Source: Candidatus Latescibacterota bacterium (GTDB lineage Bacteria > Krumholzibacteriota > Krumholzibacteriia > WVZY01). From it: DNA of 64,000 nucleotides. Each line of letters opens with the position of its first letter. Within the stretch, counting starts at the first letter, position 1. Under the pieces are notes generated by a model. It was given only the letters and a program-made list of their open reading frames with translations, had not been told where the DNA came from and did no database searches. Position numbers and translations under genes: made by a program. Shown one piece after another: positions 22,035-31,847 of the stretch. The stretch lies in NCBI GenBank assembly GCA_963791045.1, contig CAWBQK010000010.1, forward strand, positions 32,001 to 96,000, in the 5' to 3' direction.

Positions 22035-22525
22035 TTTGGCGAGTCCCTCTCCTCATCCAGGCGCGTGAGACCTTCGAGCATCAGATGGTCGAGAGGGATA
22101 TCGATCCGGATTTCCTGAGACACCGGTGTCTTGCCGGTAAGAAACGTAAACGAGCCTTCCTGCCAGCGGACGACTTCAAAAATCACATCTTTGATCTGTT
22201 CGATCACTGCGCGTCGAAGATCGATTTCGTTTATGTGCCCATCTTCGATCAGGACAGCTCCTATCCGCTTTCTCTTTTTGCCGCGCTTCAAAAGCACCGC
22301 GTCAAGAAGCTCCTGATTAATGATTCCCGCCCTTATGAGATACTCGCCAATCTTCACCGGCCTGTTCTTTATCCCGGCAAAGGTAACGTTTCCATCTTCA
22401 AAGAATATGCTCGCCGAATTTTCGCTCCCCTTGAGCTTCAATTCACCCGTCGCCACGGCAAGGTTGAGCATCTGCATCACCGCAATCGGCTGGAATACCG
22501 CGAGATTTCCCTTAAGATCCGGCAT
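22031..22525 (-). CDS. DUF4388 (PATAN-like) domain protein with MshEN-like motifs
   Basis: LKGNL..F....VMQML....TGEL...IFFEDGNVTFA ... WQEGSFTF ... LMLEGL.RLDE. Confidence 0.8.
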   Translation of the reverse strand: MPDLKGNLAVFQPIAVMQMLNLAVATGELKLKGSENSASIFFEDGNVTFAGIKNRPVKIGEYLIRAGIINQELLDAVLLKRGKKRKRIGAVLIEDGHINEIDLRRAVIEQIKDVIFEVVRWQEGSFTFLTGKTPVSQEIRIDIPLDHLMLEGLTRLDEERDSPK

Positions 22526-23309
22526 CTTGCGTACCTTTCTTGATGTGTCTCACCCCGATGATCAGTTGGGAGACGATCACCGACCCAAATATAACCCCGA
22601 GAAACGGATACAACACCCCGCCAAACCGGGCACGCCACTCCATATCCGTTTGTGAAAGTACAATGATCAGTATACCAGCGACGGCCTGGAGTACACCAAC
22701 TATTTTGCCCACCGGCGTCGCCTTGAATTTCAACGGCCCAGCAACAATCCGCGCAACCACCGCGCCGGCCAAAAGAGTCACGTATCTCGCAAGCAGGACT
22801 ATCAGCACCCACGCTGGGATGAAGCCTCTGACAAAGAAAGCAGCAAAAAGCCCGGCGGTCGTAACAATGTCAGCCGCGGGATCCATGACGACGCCAAACT
22901 CGGTTTCCCGGTGCGTCCGCCGCGCGACAATCCCGTCGGCGATGTCCGTCAAACCCGACAACACATACAATGCGAGCGCGCCCATCATTCGATCGTGGAT
23001 GACGAGCATGACAATCGGCACGGCGAGGAGAAAACGGGAGAAGGTGAGCTTGTTTGCCCAACCGAGGACGGGTTGTCCACCGCCGGAGCAGTCGCACAGA
23101 AGCCCGATGTTGAACAGGACAAACGCGAGGAAAACCACACCGCCCACAGTGGAAAAGATCGCGATTGTTGCAAAGAGTCCGGGGCCGGACGACAAACAGG
23201 CGACCGCCAGAATGGCGAGGACCACGATGTGGCACAACATAAAAAACCGGACGATCTCGTAAACGAGCGTCCGGTTTTTGTCGATTTCAATGATCGAGCC
23301 CACTGTCAC
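22512..23309 (-). CDS. CDP-alcohol phosphatidyltransferase family protein (PgsA-like)
   Basis: ANKLT..R and DIADGIVARR...FGVVMDPAAD signature; multiple TM helices. Confidence 0.85.
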   Translation of the reverse strand: MTVGSIIEIDKNRTLVYEIVRFFMLCHIVVLAILAVACLSSGPGLFATIAIFSTVGGVVFLAFVLFNIGLLCDCSGGGQPVLGWANKLTFSRFLLAVPIVMLVIHDRMMGALALYVLSGLTDIADGIVARRTHRETEFGVVMDPAADIVTTAGLFAAFFVRGFIPAWVLIVLLARYVTLLAGAVVARIVAGPLKFKATPVGKIVGVLQAVAGILIIVLSQTDMEWRARFGGVLYPFLGVIFGSVIVSQLIIGVRHIKKGTQDAGS

Positions 23310-25957
23310 TTCTTCAGCGACGCCTGTGCCGCCGCCAGCCGGGCCACGGGCACCCTGTACGGCGAGCAGCTCACATACTGCAGTCCGACATCGTCAAAGA
23401 ACTCGATAGAGGCGGGATCTCCGCCGTGCTCGCCGCACACACCAAGCTTGATGTCTGGTTTGGTCTTCTGCCCGCGCTCAACGGCAAGGCGGACGAGTCC
23501 ACCGACACCTTTTACATCGAGAGAATCGAAAGGATCCCCGGGAAGCACACTCTTCTCCACATAATCCTTGAGAAACTTGCCCGAATCATCACGGCTGAAC
23601 CCAAACGTCATCTGGGTCAGATCATTGGTTCCAAAACTGAAGAAATCGGCTACCTCGGCAATCTCGTCGGCCACGACGGCAGCCCTGGGCACTTCGATCA
23701 TCGTACCGATGAGATACGGTATATCCATGCCTTCCCTTTCGAGAACGGCGTCGCCGACCCGGGCTATCATCTCGCGGAGCAGCGCGAGTTCGGCTTTGGT
23801 TCCCACCAGTGGGACCATAATCTCCGGCTGAACGTCCACGCCCTCGCGTTTTGCCAGGACGGCCGCTTCGAGTATCGCCTCGGCCTGGGTTTCATAGATC
23901 TCGGGATAGGTAATTCCGAGACGGCATCCCCGGTGCCCAAGCATCGGATTGAACTCGTGCAAATTCTCAATCGCCGCCTCGATCTCTTCCACCGAACGCC
24001 CGATCACTTTCGCCGTGCTGGCAATCTCGGCGGCCTCTTTGGGTAGGAACTCATGGAGCGGCGGATCGAGAAGACGGATCGTCACGGGCTTGCCGTTCAT
24101 CGCCCTGAACACGCCAAGGAAATCATCGCGCTGCATCGGCTGAATCTTCTTGAGCGCGGCAATGCGCTCGTCTTGATTCGACGCCATGATCATTTCCCGT
24201 ACCACGGGAATCCGGTCTTCGGCGAAAAACATATGTTCGGTTCTTGCGAGCCCGATTCCCTCGGCGCCGAACTCGACAGCGATTCGGGCGTCTTCGGGCG
24301 TATCGGCGTTCGCGCGGACCTTCATACGACGGTGTTCGTCCGCCCATCCCATGAACTTATGATAGTAGTCGTCGAGAACAGGATCGACGGTGGGCAAGAC
24401 ACCCTCGAACACACTACCCGTGGTGCCGTCGACCGTAACTTCGGTACCGGCTTGATAGGTCTTACCATCAACCGTGAATGTTCTCTTATCGTAGTCAACG
24501 GAGAGTTTCGAGCAACCGGCGACACAGCACTTGCCCATCCCGCGGGCAACAACCGCCGCGTGCGAGGTCATCCCGCCGCGCGCGGTGACGATCGCCTCCG
24601 CCGCCTTCATTCCCTCGACATCTTCCGGGGACGTTTCGAGCCGCATCAACACAACCTTGTCGCCCGCCGCGACCCGACTCAGCGCCTCTTCGACCGAGAA
24701 GACCACGTGCCCGCAAGCGGCCCCCGGAGACGCGGGAAGCCCCTTCGCAATCGGCTCCGCTTTGATAGAAGGGTCGATCATCGGGTGGAGGAGCGTTTCG
24801 ACCTGGTTTGCATCGACACGGAGTATCGCTTCCTTTTGGTTAATGAGCCCCTCATCAACCATGTCAATCGCAATGCGGATGGCCGCGCGCCCCGTCCTCT
24901 TGCCGTTTCGGGTTTGGAGCATCCATAGCTTACCCTTTTGGATCGTAAACTCGATATCCTGCATGTCGCGGTAATGCAACTCGAGATTTTTGTAAATCGA
25001 TTCGAGTTCGCCATAGATCGACGGCATCGTTGCCTCGAGACTCTTCGCGGATAATTCGCTCGACCCGTCCTTATTTATTGGCAGCGGTGTCCGGATGCCC
25101 GCAACAACGTCTTCACCCTGCGCGTTCGCCAGATATTCGCCAAAAAACCGCTGCTCGCCCGTCGCCGGGTCACGTGTAAACGCGACACCGGTCGCACAGT
25201 CATCACCCATATTTCCAAACACCATCGCCTGAACGTTCACGGCGGTGCCCCAGTGGTGGGGAATGGCGTTCATCCCTCTGTATTTGACGGCACGGTTTCC
25301 ATTCCACGATTTGAACACCGCGGTGATGGCGCCCCACAGCTGTTCCATCGGCTCTTCCGGAAACGGAATGCCTTTTTCTCGTTTGACTATTTGCTTGTAA
25401 GTTTCGATAAGACTCTTGAGGTCATCGACGGACAATTCGTTGTCAAGATTGGCCCCAACTTCTTCCTTCTTCGCGTGGATGGCCTTTTCGAAAAGTTCAT
25501 GCTCGACATCCATCACCACATTTCCATACATGTGGATGAACCGACGATAGCTGTCGAACGCAAACCTGGGATTTTCCGTGCGATCGATAAGCGCCTGGAC
25601 CGTTGTATCGTTCAACCCGAGGTTGAGAACGGTGTCCATCATTCCGGGCATCGACGTTCTCGCGCCCGAACGTACGGACATGAGGAGCGGGTTATCGCCG
25701 TCTCCGAATTTCGAACCCATTACCTTTTCAACCTTGGAGATATTTTCCTCGACTTCTCCGGTGAGAACGTCCGGATAATTTCCATTGTTATTCATAAAAA
25801 GAGTGCACACTTCGGTAGAAATCGTAAAACCAGGGGGGACCGGTATTTCGAGGTTGGTCATCTCGGCCAGGTTGGCGCCTTTGCCGCCCAGGAGATTTCG
25901 CATGGTCGCGTTCCCCTCAGCCTTGCCTTCGCCGAAGAAATAGACGTGCTTCGACAT
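23306..25957 (-). CDS. ppdK: Pyruvate, phosphate dikinase
   Basis: LLGGKGANLAEM, SVRSGA, GGMTSHAAVVARGMG (phospho-His), SFGTNDLTQ, GVCGEHGGDP; 883 aa. Confidence 0.97.
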   Translation of the reverse strand: MSKHVYFFGEGKAEGNATMRNLLGGKGANLAEMTNLEIPVPPGFTISTEVCTLFMNNNGNYPDVLTGEVEENISKVEKVMGSKFGDGDNPLLMSVRSGARTSMPGMMDTVLNLGLNDTTVQALIDRTENPRFAFDSYRRFIHMYGNVVMDVEHELFEKAIHAKKEEVGANLDNELSVDDLKSLIETYKQIVKREKGIPFPEEPMEQLWGAITAVFKSWNGNRAVKYRGMNAIPHHWGTAVNVQAMVFGNMGDDCATGVAFTRDPATGEQRFFGEYLANAQGEDVVAGIRTPLPINKDGSSELSAKSLEATMPSIYGELESIYKNLELHYRDMQDIEFTIQKGKLWMLQTRNGKRTGRAAIRIAIDMVDEGLINQKEAILRVDANQVETLLHPMIDPSIKAEPIAKGLPASPGAACGHVVFSVEEALSRVAAGDKVVLMRLETSPEDVEGMKAAEAIVTARGGMTSHAAVVARGMGKCCVAGCSKLSVDYDKRTFTVDGKTYQAGTEVTVDGTTGSVFEGVLPTVDPVLDDYYHKFMGWADEHRRMKVRANADTPEDARIAVEFGAEGIGLARTEHMFFAEDRIPVVREMIMASNQDERIAALKKIQPMQRDDFLGVFRAMNGKPVTIRLLDPPLHEFLPKEAAEIASTAKVIGRSVEEIEAAIENLHEFNPMLGHRGCRLGITYPEIYETQAEAILEAAVLAKREGVDVQPEIMVPLVGTKAELALLREMIARVGDAVLEREGMDIPYLIGTMIEVPRAAVVADEIAEVADFFSFGTNDLTQMTFGFSRDDSGKFLKDYVEKSVLPGDPFDSLDVKGVGGLVRLAVERGQKTKPDIKLGVCGEHGGDPASIEFFDDVGLQYVSCSPYRVPVARLAAAQASLKK

Positions 25958-26021
25958 CTGTCACTCGCTTTCGGTTGGAATGATTTTTCTGGGATAATAA
26001 ATCCGGACCTGATGGCCAGCG

Positions 26022-27851
26022 TCAACGGCGGATCAAAACCAGCTTTTTGCTCACCGAGGATCCACCAACGGATAATCTATAGTAATAAACACTCGAGGAA
26101 ACCGCAATACCCCGATCGTCTAACCCGTCCCATTCCACGACATGCTCACCCGCTGATTTTGCCCCTTCGAAGAGCCTTCTCACCAACCGCCCCTTGACAT
26201 CGTAAATAGACAGAGCCACTTGCCGCGTCTCCAGTCTGTCCGGAGCGGCCGCCGGCGCGGACACCCCCTGGGCCATTGCCGAGCCCACCAACCGGAATCG
26301 AATGGCGGCCTGGCCTGAAACGGATGGGATGAAAGGATTTGGCACACTCTGCATCAGGACGGCGGCCGGGGATATCGCCGGCGGGGCGACGGACACACCG
26401 GTGGCGCCATAGAGCGCCGCCTGGTGGGCGTCGATGACCCCCCAACCATACTCGTTGTCCGGGCTCGAAGAATGATCGCCAGACGAACGTAGCGCATCGC
26501 GAAGGTCGATCGGGCTCCAATCGAGGTTCATCTGGAGACAAAGCGCCGCGGCCCCGGCGACCAGAGGCGTGGCAAGGCTGGTGCCGCTCGCATAATAATA
26601 CGAGGTCGACCCGGTTGCCGCCGCGGCATATACCGATACGCCCTGCGCGCAGACATCCGGTTTGATGCGACCGTCAAAAGTGGGCCCCCGCGAACTTGAA
26701 GACCAGATAAGACCATTGGAATCTACGGCCCCCACGGCGACCACACTGTCACCATCGGCCGGTGCAATGAGCCCGGGCCACGGGAGAGGTCCTTCATTCC
26801 CCGCCGCCGTAATGACGAGTAATCCGCGTGCGGCGGCGATGTCCGCCGCGATGGTGGTAACCGCCGTATTGCCGTCCATATCCTCGTATGTGTACCAGTC
26901 ATAATATCCAAGAGACGTGCTGACAATCACCGCGCCGATACTGTCGGCCCATTCAAGACCTCGAACGTAGTCATCCTCTTCCTGTTGGATTTCTACGTCC
27001 ACCTGTTCGGTCTTGCCGATCGCGTAAGTCGCCCCCCACGCGGGACCCACAAGAGTTCCTGGAGCGTATCCGCCCATGGCGGAAAGTGTCGCCGTCCCGT
27101 GGTTATGCTGCCACGAGGGATCGCCCGCTTCGTTCTCGGTGACGGGATCGTTGTTTACAAAATCCCATTCGGCGATCACATCGAGATGGGCGAGTGACTC
27201 GTGCCGTCTGTTGAACCCTGTGTCGAGAATTGCGACCAGGATCCCCTGCCCGTAGAGTCCGGCATCGTGAAGAGATATCACATTGATTAAATCCAATTGC
27301 CCAAAACTTGGCCCATAGGTCAACGCTGCGGGCGACATATCCGAACCGGGACGTACCGGAGCCGTGGGAGATGATGTTTCAATTATGGATATATTCTCGG
27401 GGCGCTTGCGATGGGCCGTCTGAACCCGGTCGATCCTGCGAACAAATTCAAATCCCTGTATAACCCGGATGTCCCCGGCCGTCGCGTAGGCGCTGACCGC
27501 GTTGAGATATTTCGACCGGTGCTTCACACGGCAGCCGGCTTCAACGATCTGACGGACATACGCTTCCCGCACGGGCAGGTCGTGGATGTCGGCCAGCGGG
27601 CCGTCCGAACGGTTCACACGACGCTGGTACGCACGCTCTTCGAACGTAATCCCCGCAACCATCGACTCGAGATCGCTCTTGTCTGCTTCACCATGGTCCG
27701 CGAAATACACCCAGATTTTGATCTCATCCTGGGACGGAGACGCAAGGTAGTCCTGTACGGCCGACGAGGTTTTGTCGAGTGTTTGTGCGCCGAGAGGAAC
27801 CGCGATGCAAAAAAAGAACAGGATGAAGAGCGGAGCGATTTTCATTGTCAT
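26022..27851 (-). CDS. S8 family serine peptidase (subtilase) with FlgD-Ig/T9SS-like CTD
   Basis: Catalytic triad motifs VAILDTG, HNHGT and GTSLATP, oxyanion AAGNEG; C-terminal PNPF...SIYDVKGRLVRRL...WDGLDDRG..VSSSVYYY. Confidence 0.92.
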   Translation of the reverse strand: MTMKIAPLFILFFFCIAVPLGAQTLDKTSSAVQDYLASPSQDEIKIWVYFADHGEADKSDLESMVAGITFEERAYQRRVNRSDGPLADIHDLPVREAYVRQIVEAGCRVKHRSKYLNAVSAYATAGDIRVIQGFEFVRRIDRVQTAHRKRPENISIIETSSPTAPVRPGSDMSPAALTYGPSFGQLDLINVISLHDAGLYGQGILVAILDTGFNRRHESLAHLDVIAEWDFVNNDPVTENEAGDPSWQHNHGTATLSAMGGYAPGTLVGPAWGATYAIGKTEQVDVEIQQEEDDYVRGLEWADSIGAVIVSTSLGYYDWYTYEDMDGNTAVTTIAADIAAARGLLVITAAGNEGPLPWPGLIAPADGDSVVAVGAVDSNGLIWSSSSRGPTFDGRIKPDVCAQGVSVYAAAATGSTSYYYASGTSLATPLVAGAAALCLQMNLDWSPIDLRDALRSSGDHSSSPDNEYGWGVIDAHQAALYGATGVSVAPPAISPAAVLMQSVPNPFIPSVSGQAAIRFRLVGSAMAQGVSAPAAAPDRLETRQVALSIYDVKGRLVRRLFEGAKSAGEHVVEWDGLDDRGIAVSSSVYYYRLSVGGSSVSKKLVLIRR

Positions 27852-27931
27852 CAGATCCTTTGGTGGACTGCGGCCACGTGTTGCCGGTTCGCCTCACACC
27901 CAAAGCGAACCGGATAAGCTGTTGTTACTAA

Positions 27932-27960
27932 ATAATATCACATTAGGGCCCGCATGTCAA
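27932..27960 (-). promoter_or_regulatory. Sigma-70 type promoter upstream of the S8 peptidase
   Basis: TTGACA-17 bp-TATTAT on the minus strand. Confidence 0.65.
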
Positions 27961-28048
27961 ATAATCGAGCGGTGTCGGGCGAAAAGAGGTTGGGTTTTCG
28001 GCGTGGGGGGGGGTGCACAGGAGTGGAATCCGGACCAGGCCGAAGGAA

Positions 28049-30382
28049 TCAGTCTACCCGCGGGAGTTTCCACTCCTCGAACAAAATAACTTCAAGGGCT
28101 TCTTGGACTTGTGAGGGCTTGAAAAATACCGGCTCGAATCCCCACACGACACTTCTCGCCGCAACACCTCCGGCCCCACCCGGCAAGCGATCACCATAAG
28201 TCGAGGTCCAGAATCCAACGGGCGCGCCGTAAATAACGGACGCTGCGTCAAGACACCCATGACCGTACATCGGTTGAAAACAATCCCTCTGAGGCTGTGT
28301 TTCGGCGACCCTGCTGCAGATATCCTGGAAATACGGCGGGTTGTAAATATCGTTTACCAGTCCCCTTCTGTCCTCGGAAAACTCCTTCGTAGCGGCCGCC
28401 ACTTCCGGTCGCAATTCCAGGGTTGGGAACCGCAACGAATCTGCCGGAATCGCGAAGCGAAGACCATTCGTGCGGGACAGATGATCTCTTGTGAGAATGA
28501 CCGAGCACGAGTGTTGCGGAAACTGGCGAATGAGTTTTTTGTTCGTGATCGAACTGATATCGATGACATTCAAACAACATTCGTTATAAGCAAACGACAG
28601 CTCGCCGACACCTTCCTCGCCAATCGAAGAATCCTCATAGGATCCATCCTGATCGCCCGTGAGCTCGTACCGGAATATTACCGGATAACCGGGGGTTTTC
28701 GTCCCGCCGGCGAAAACCATCGGGTTGATGACCGCCGTCATCGGTTGTTCACCGCAGAGCAGCAAATGACCGCCCGCCGCCAAATACAGCGCTAGAATGT
28801 TGGGCTGCACTTTACCGGTGACCACACCACCAAGGCTGGGGTCGCTGGGAATGAAGTGTATCAGATCGGGGAGAACCGAGATCCCCGCCTGGATATTGTA
28901 ACCGCTGTACGCGTCCCAGATCATCGACTTGTAGTCGGCCACCGCCTGGATGGGCAGATCGTTATCCACCTCGATCATATCGACCGCGGGATCGAAATCC
29001 TTTACGTTTGCGAGAACATCGCGCCAGAACTGGTCGTGCTCCGCGTCACTGGGGACACCGCCGTTGGTCGCGGCAAACCCCGGACTACCGCCCTCGTCAT
29101 AATCATCGACCACCAGCAGGTTCTTCTGGAACGTAAACGGGACGATGTTCACACGGATTCCGGCTCTGGACGTGAAACCCGAGTTGTCTATGACCTCGAC
29201 GTGAAACGTATGGGAATCGAACTCGAACCTGCGCGACGGCGTCTCGGCCGTGTTTCTGTTCGAGAAAAACGGTGTGTAATCGATGTCCCACTGGGTTCGG
29301 TCGTTGAGATCCTGTATGTCCCACCCGTACCTGTAACCCGACACCACGCCACCATAACTGGACGCATCGGCTGAAAAGCGGAAGCTCATCGGCACTTTTG
29401 CCGGCAAATCGATAATAGTCGTCGGTGTGTTCGGGCTCGATGTAATAATCGTTCCCATATACTTATTGAATACTGTCAGCACGGGCCCGGTCAGTCTCTG
29501 CGAGACCAGGATGCGGCGGACGTTTCTCGCCTCGTCAAAAACAGGACTGACGGCGCCTGCCTCATCCATAACCTGCAGAGCGAAAACATAAGGACCAAAT
29601 TCAAGAGGACGAGTCGTCCACGTCTTGCCGGAGTCGCCAACCGCCCTGTAATACCGCCAATCCGACCACTCGGGAGCATCGAGGTTTGACCTGATATATT
29701 CGATCGTGTTGCCCCAGCTCTCGCCAAAATCCCGGGTGCTGATCATGATCCAACGCACCGAGTCGGGTTCCTGCACCTGGCGCTCGTTCGACACGTAGTC
29801 CTTCCCAACCCATCTAAACGATGAGATGGGCGGCACCTGGGCGGGGTTGGAACCCACTCGCCTGGGAACGAGAATATCCACGACGGGCGAAAGCGTCCGG
29901 GCGGTGAACGATCGGTAGGCCGGTCTTGCGGACGCCAATCCCATGTCGTCAATGGAGCGGATGAAAAAAGTGTGCGAGCGCACAAAATCAACCGGCTCGA
30001 GATTGTTCGGATCGGTGGAAGAGCTATCGGCGAGCTCATCGGCAGTAAAAGTGAATGTGGAATCGTTCGAATACACGCGATGCCACTTGTCAACCCCGAC
30101 CGTGTCGGCCGGATCGAATACACCGTTCCCGTTATCCGTAATGCAGTATTCGAAATAGGCGACATCACCATCCGGATCCCAACCACCCCAGAAAAGATGA
30201 AGCGTGTATTCCGACACGGTTCCCTCTGGCGGCGCCGAAGACAACCAAACGTCGGGTGCCTGGTTCGCCTTCTGCGTTCCGACGAGATCCTCGTTGGCGC
30301 AACCGATGGCAATAGCCACAACTGCGACACAAACCATCAACGCAAACACTGTGTTTATTTTTATGTTCTCAATCGCAATCAT
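28049..30382 (-). CDS. Large hypothetical lipoprotein (Fn3-like N-terminal modules, C-terminal Rossmann-like domain); paralog of 31848..34168
   Basis: Lipobox IAIGC; NQAPDVWLSSAPPEG...LHLFWGGWDPDG; later LLVVDD motif; Cys-rich C-terminus. Confidence 0.75.
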   Translation of the reverse strand: MIAIENIKINTVFALMVCVAVVAIAIGCANEDLVGTQKANQAPDVWLSSAPPEGTVSEYTLHLFWGGWDPDGDVAYFEYCITDNGNGVFDPADTVGVDKWHRVYSNDSTFTFTADELADSSSTDPNNLEPVDFVRSHTFFIRSIDDMGLASARPAYRSFTARTLSPVVDILVPRRVGSNPAQVPPISSFRWVGKDYVSNERQVQEPDSVRWIMISTRDFGESWGNTIEYIRSNLDAPEWSDWRYYRAVGDSGKTWTTRPLEFGPYVFALQVMDEAGAVSPVFDEARNVRRILVSQRLTGPVLTVFNKYMGTIITSSPNTPTTIIDLPAKVPMSFRFSADASSYGGVVSGYRYGWDIQDLNDRTQWDIDYTPFFSNRNTAETPSRRFEFDSHTFHVEVIDNSGFTSRAGIRVNIVPFTFQKNLLVVDDYDEGGSPGFAATNGGVPSDAEHDQFWRDVLANVKDFDPAVDMIEVDNDLPIQAVADYKSMIWDAYSGYNIQAGISVLPDLIHFIPSDPSLGGVVTGKVQPNILALYLAAGGHLLLCGEQPMTAVINPMVFAGGTKTPGYPVIFRYELTGDQDGSYEDSSIGEEGVGELSFAYNECCLNVIDISSITNKKLIRQFPQHSCSVILTRDHLSRTNGLRFAIPADSLRFPTLELRPEVAAATKEFSEDRRGLVNDIYNPPYFQDICSRVAETQPQRDCFQPMYGHGCLDAASVIYGAPVGFWTSTYGDRLPGGAGGVAARSVVWGFEPVFFKPSQVQEALEVILFEEWKLPRVD

Positions 30383-30490
30383 AGTGGATCACCAAAAACG
30401 CGCAAGGCTCTCTGTTATCCGCGAGATTTCGGAATTTGTCTGGTGGGGACAGTCCTCAGTTTTCATAGCGCGGCGTGCGCGCCACGGCAC

Positions 30491-31825
30491 TCATCGGATA
30501 ATAATCAATCGACCATACACCCAGTTGCCGCTCACTGATTCCAGTCTGAATATGTAGACCCCCGACGCCACTTCGTCACCCGCCAGGTTCCTCGTGTCCC
30601 ACTCAATGGTCCCGGGTCCATCGGTCTGGGAAAACTCCCACACCAGATCTCCCGCGGGGGTATATACCTTGAGCTGACACTCATCGGGGGTATTGACAAA
30701 GCGAACCTTGTTATCGGGATAGTTATGGTAATTTTCAGTCGTGTATTGCGATGATCCCGAACGGTACGGATTTGGAACCGCGTAGACTTCCGGCAGATCG
30801 CGCTGCGGATCCACCTTCGTCGTGACCGTCACTATCTCCAACGGACACGGATAAGGCGTGCCTTCGGTAACGGGACAGTGGTCAAATTTACTTAAACCCT
30901 GAGTCGTCGACCTGACATTGTAACCGCGATCGAAGGTTGTAACAATGTATTGATATGTAAACCCGTTGAAGGCGTTTCTGTCCACCCACCACAGCTCGTT
31001 GGGACCGAGCCGCCCGTTCGGGTGAATTTCCCGGATATCAATTGTCTCGCCAACGCCGGGAATTCCACCTGGATAGTCAAAGTAACCCCTCGTTCTCAAC
31101 GCTGGGATGATATCCGCATAATAAAGCGAATCAAACGCTGCGCCGCGGAACGCTTCTTCTTTTGACGTTTCTCCGATATTAATGAAGTCGTCACCATTGT
31201 CACTGATACCCCGAAACACGTGGTTGCCCTCAAAATCCTCGACACCCAGGATAAAGATACCGTTACTGTCCACGAGCCCTTCGGTAAATGAAATCGTAAA
31301 TCCAAGATCGAGCGTGGAACCGTCGTTCGTATTTCTTAAAATACATTCGATGGGCGCCCCGGCCGTATAGGCGGCGCCAATATCCACTGTATTCGTCAAA
31401 AATTCGAACCCAATAATATCATAACGAATCCGGATATCCGGCCGTTCCAGTCCGCTGATGCCCACGCGGCCGCTGTTCTGGACGGTAAACCTGATGGTCC
31501 TGTCCACCGATCCGGAATACACACCACCGGAAACGGGTGTGGACAGGCTGTCCTGCGGGTGGGGGGAATTCTTTGCGCGCCATCCCGTGGTATCCGGAGT
31601 GTGAATCAGAGTGCCGATGTCATCCGGGATGTCCTCCCAGAAAACATGGTTGGCAAACGAGCTCCGGTCGTCATTCATCTTGGTGATGACATAAACATTC
31701 GCTGGCGCAACGAGTTGAAGGGTATCCGCCGCCGCCTGCGCGTGAGATTTCGCCGGCACGAGGCACAGGCAAAACGCCAGAAATAAATATACGACCCCAA
31801 TAGCCCTCAGGCTCTTCATCATCAC
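30491..31825 (-). CDS. Secreted protein with T9SS type A-like CTD
   Basis: Signal peptide (SHA-Q); C-terminal VYAVPNPY...VRFVN...LKVYTPAGDLV...WDTRNLAGDEVASGVYIF. Confidence 0.8.
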   Translation of the reverse strand: MMMKSLRAIGVVYLFLAFCLCLVPAKSHAQAAADTLQLVAPANVYVITKMNDDRSSFANHVFWEDIPDDIGTLIHTPDTTGWRAKNSPHPQDSLSTPVSGGVYSGSVDRTIRFTVQNSGRVGISGLERPDIRIRYDIIGFEFLTNTVDIGAAYTAGAPIECILRNTNDGSTLDLGFTISFTEGLVDSNGIFILGVEDFEGNHVFRGISDNGDDFINIGETSKEEAFRGAAFDSLYYADIIPALRTRGYFDYPGGIPGVGETIDIREIHPNGRLGPNELWWVDRNAFNGFTYQYIVTTFDRGYNVRSTTQGLSKFDHCPVTEGTPYPCPLEIVTVTTKVDPQRDLPEVYAVPNPYRSGSSQYTTENYHNYPDNKVRFVNTPDECQLKVYTPAGDLVWEFSQTDGPGTIEWDTRNLAGDEVASGVYIFRLESVSGNWVYGRLIIIR

Positions 31826-31847
31826 AGCTATTGTCCTCCTGTTGCGC

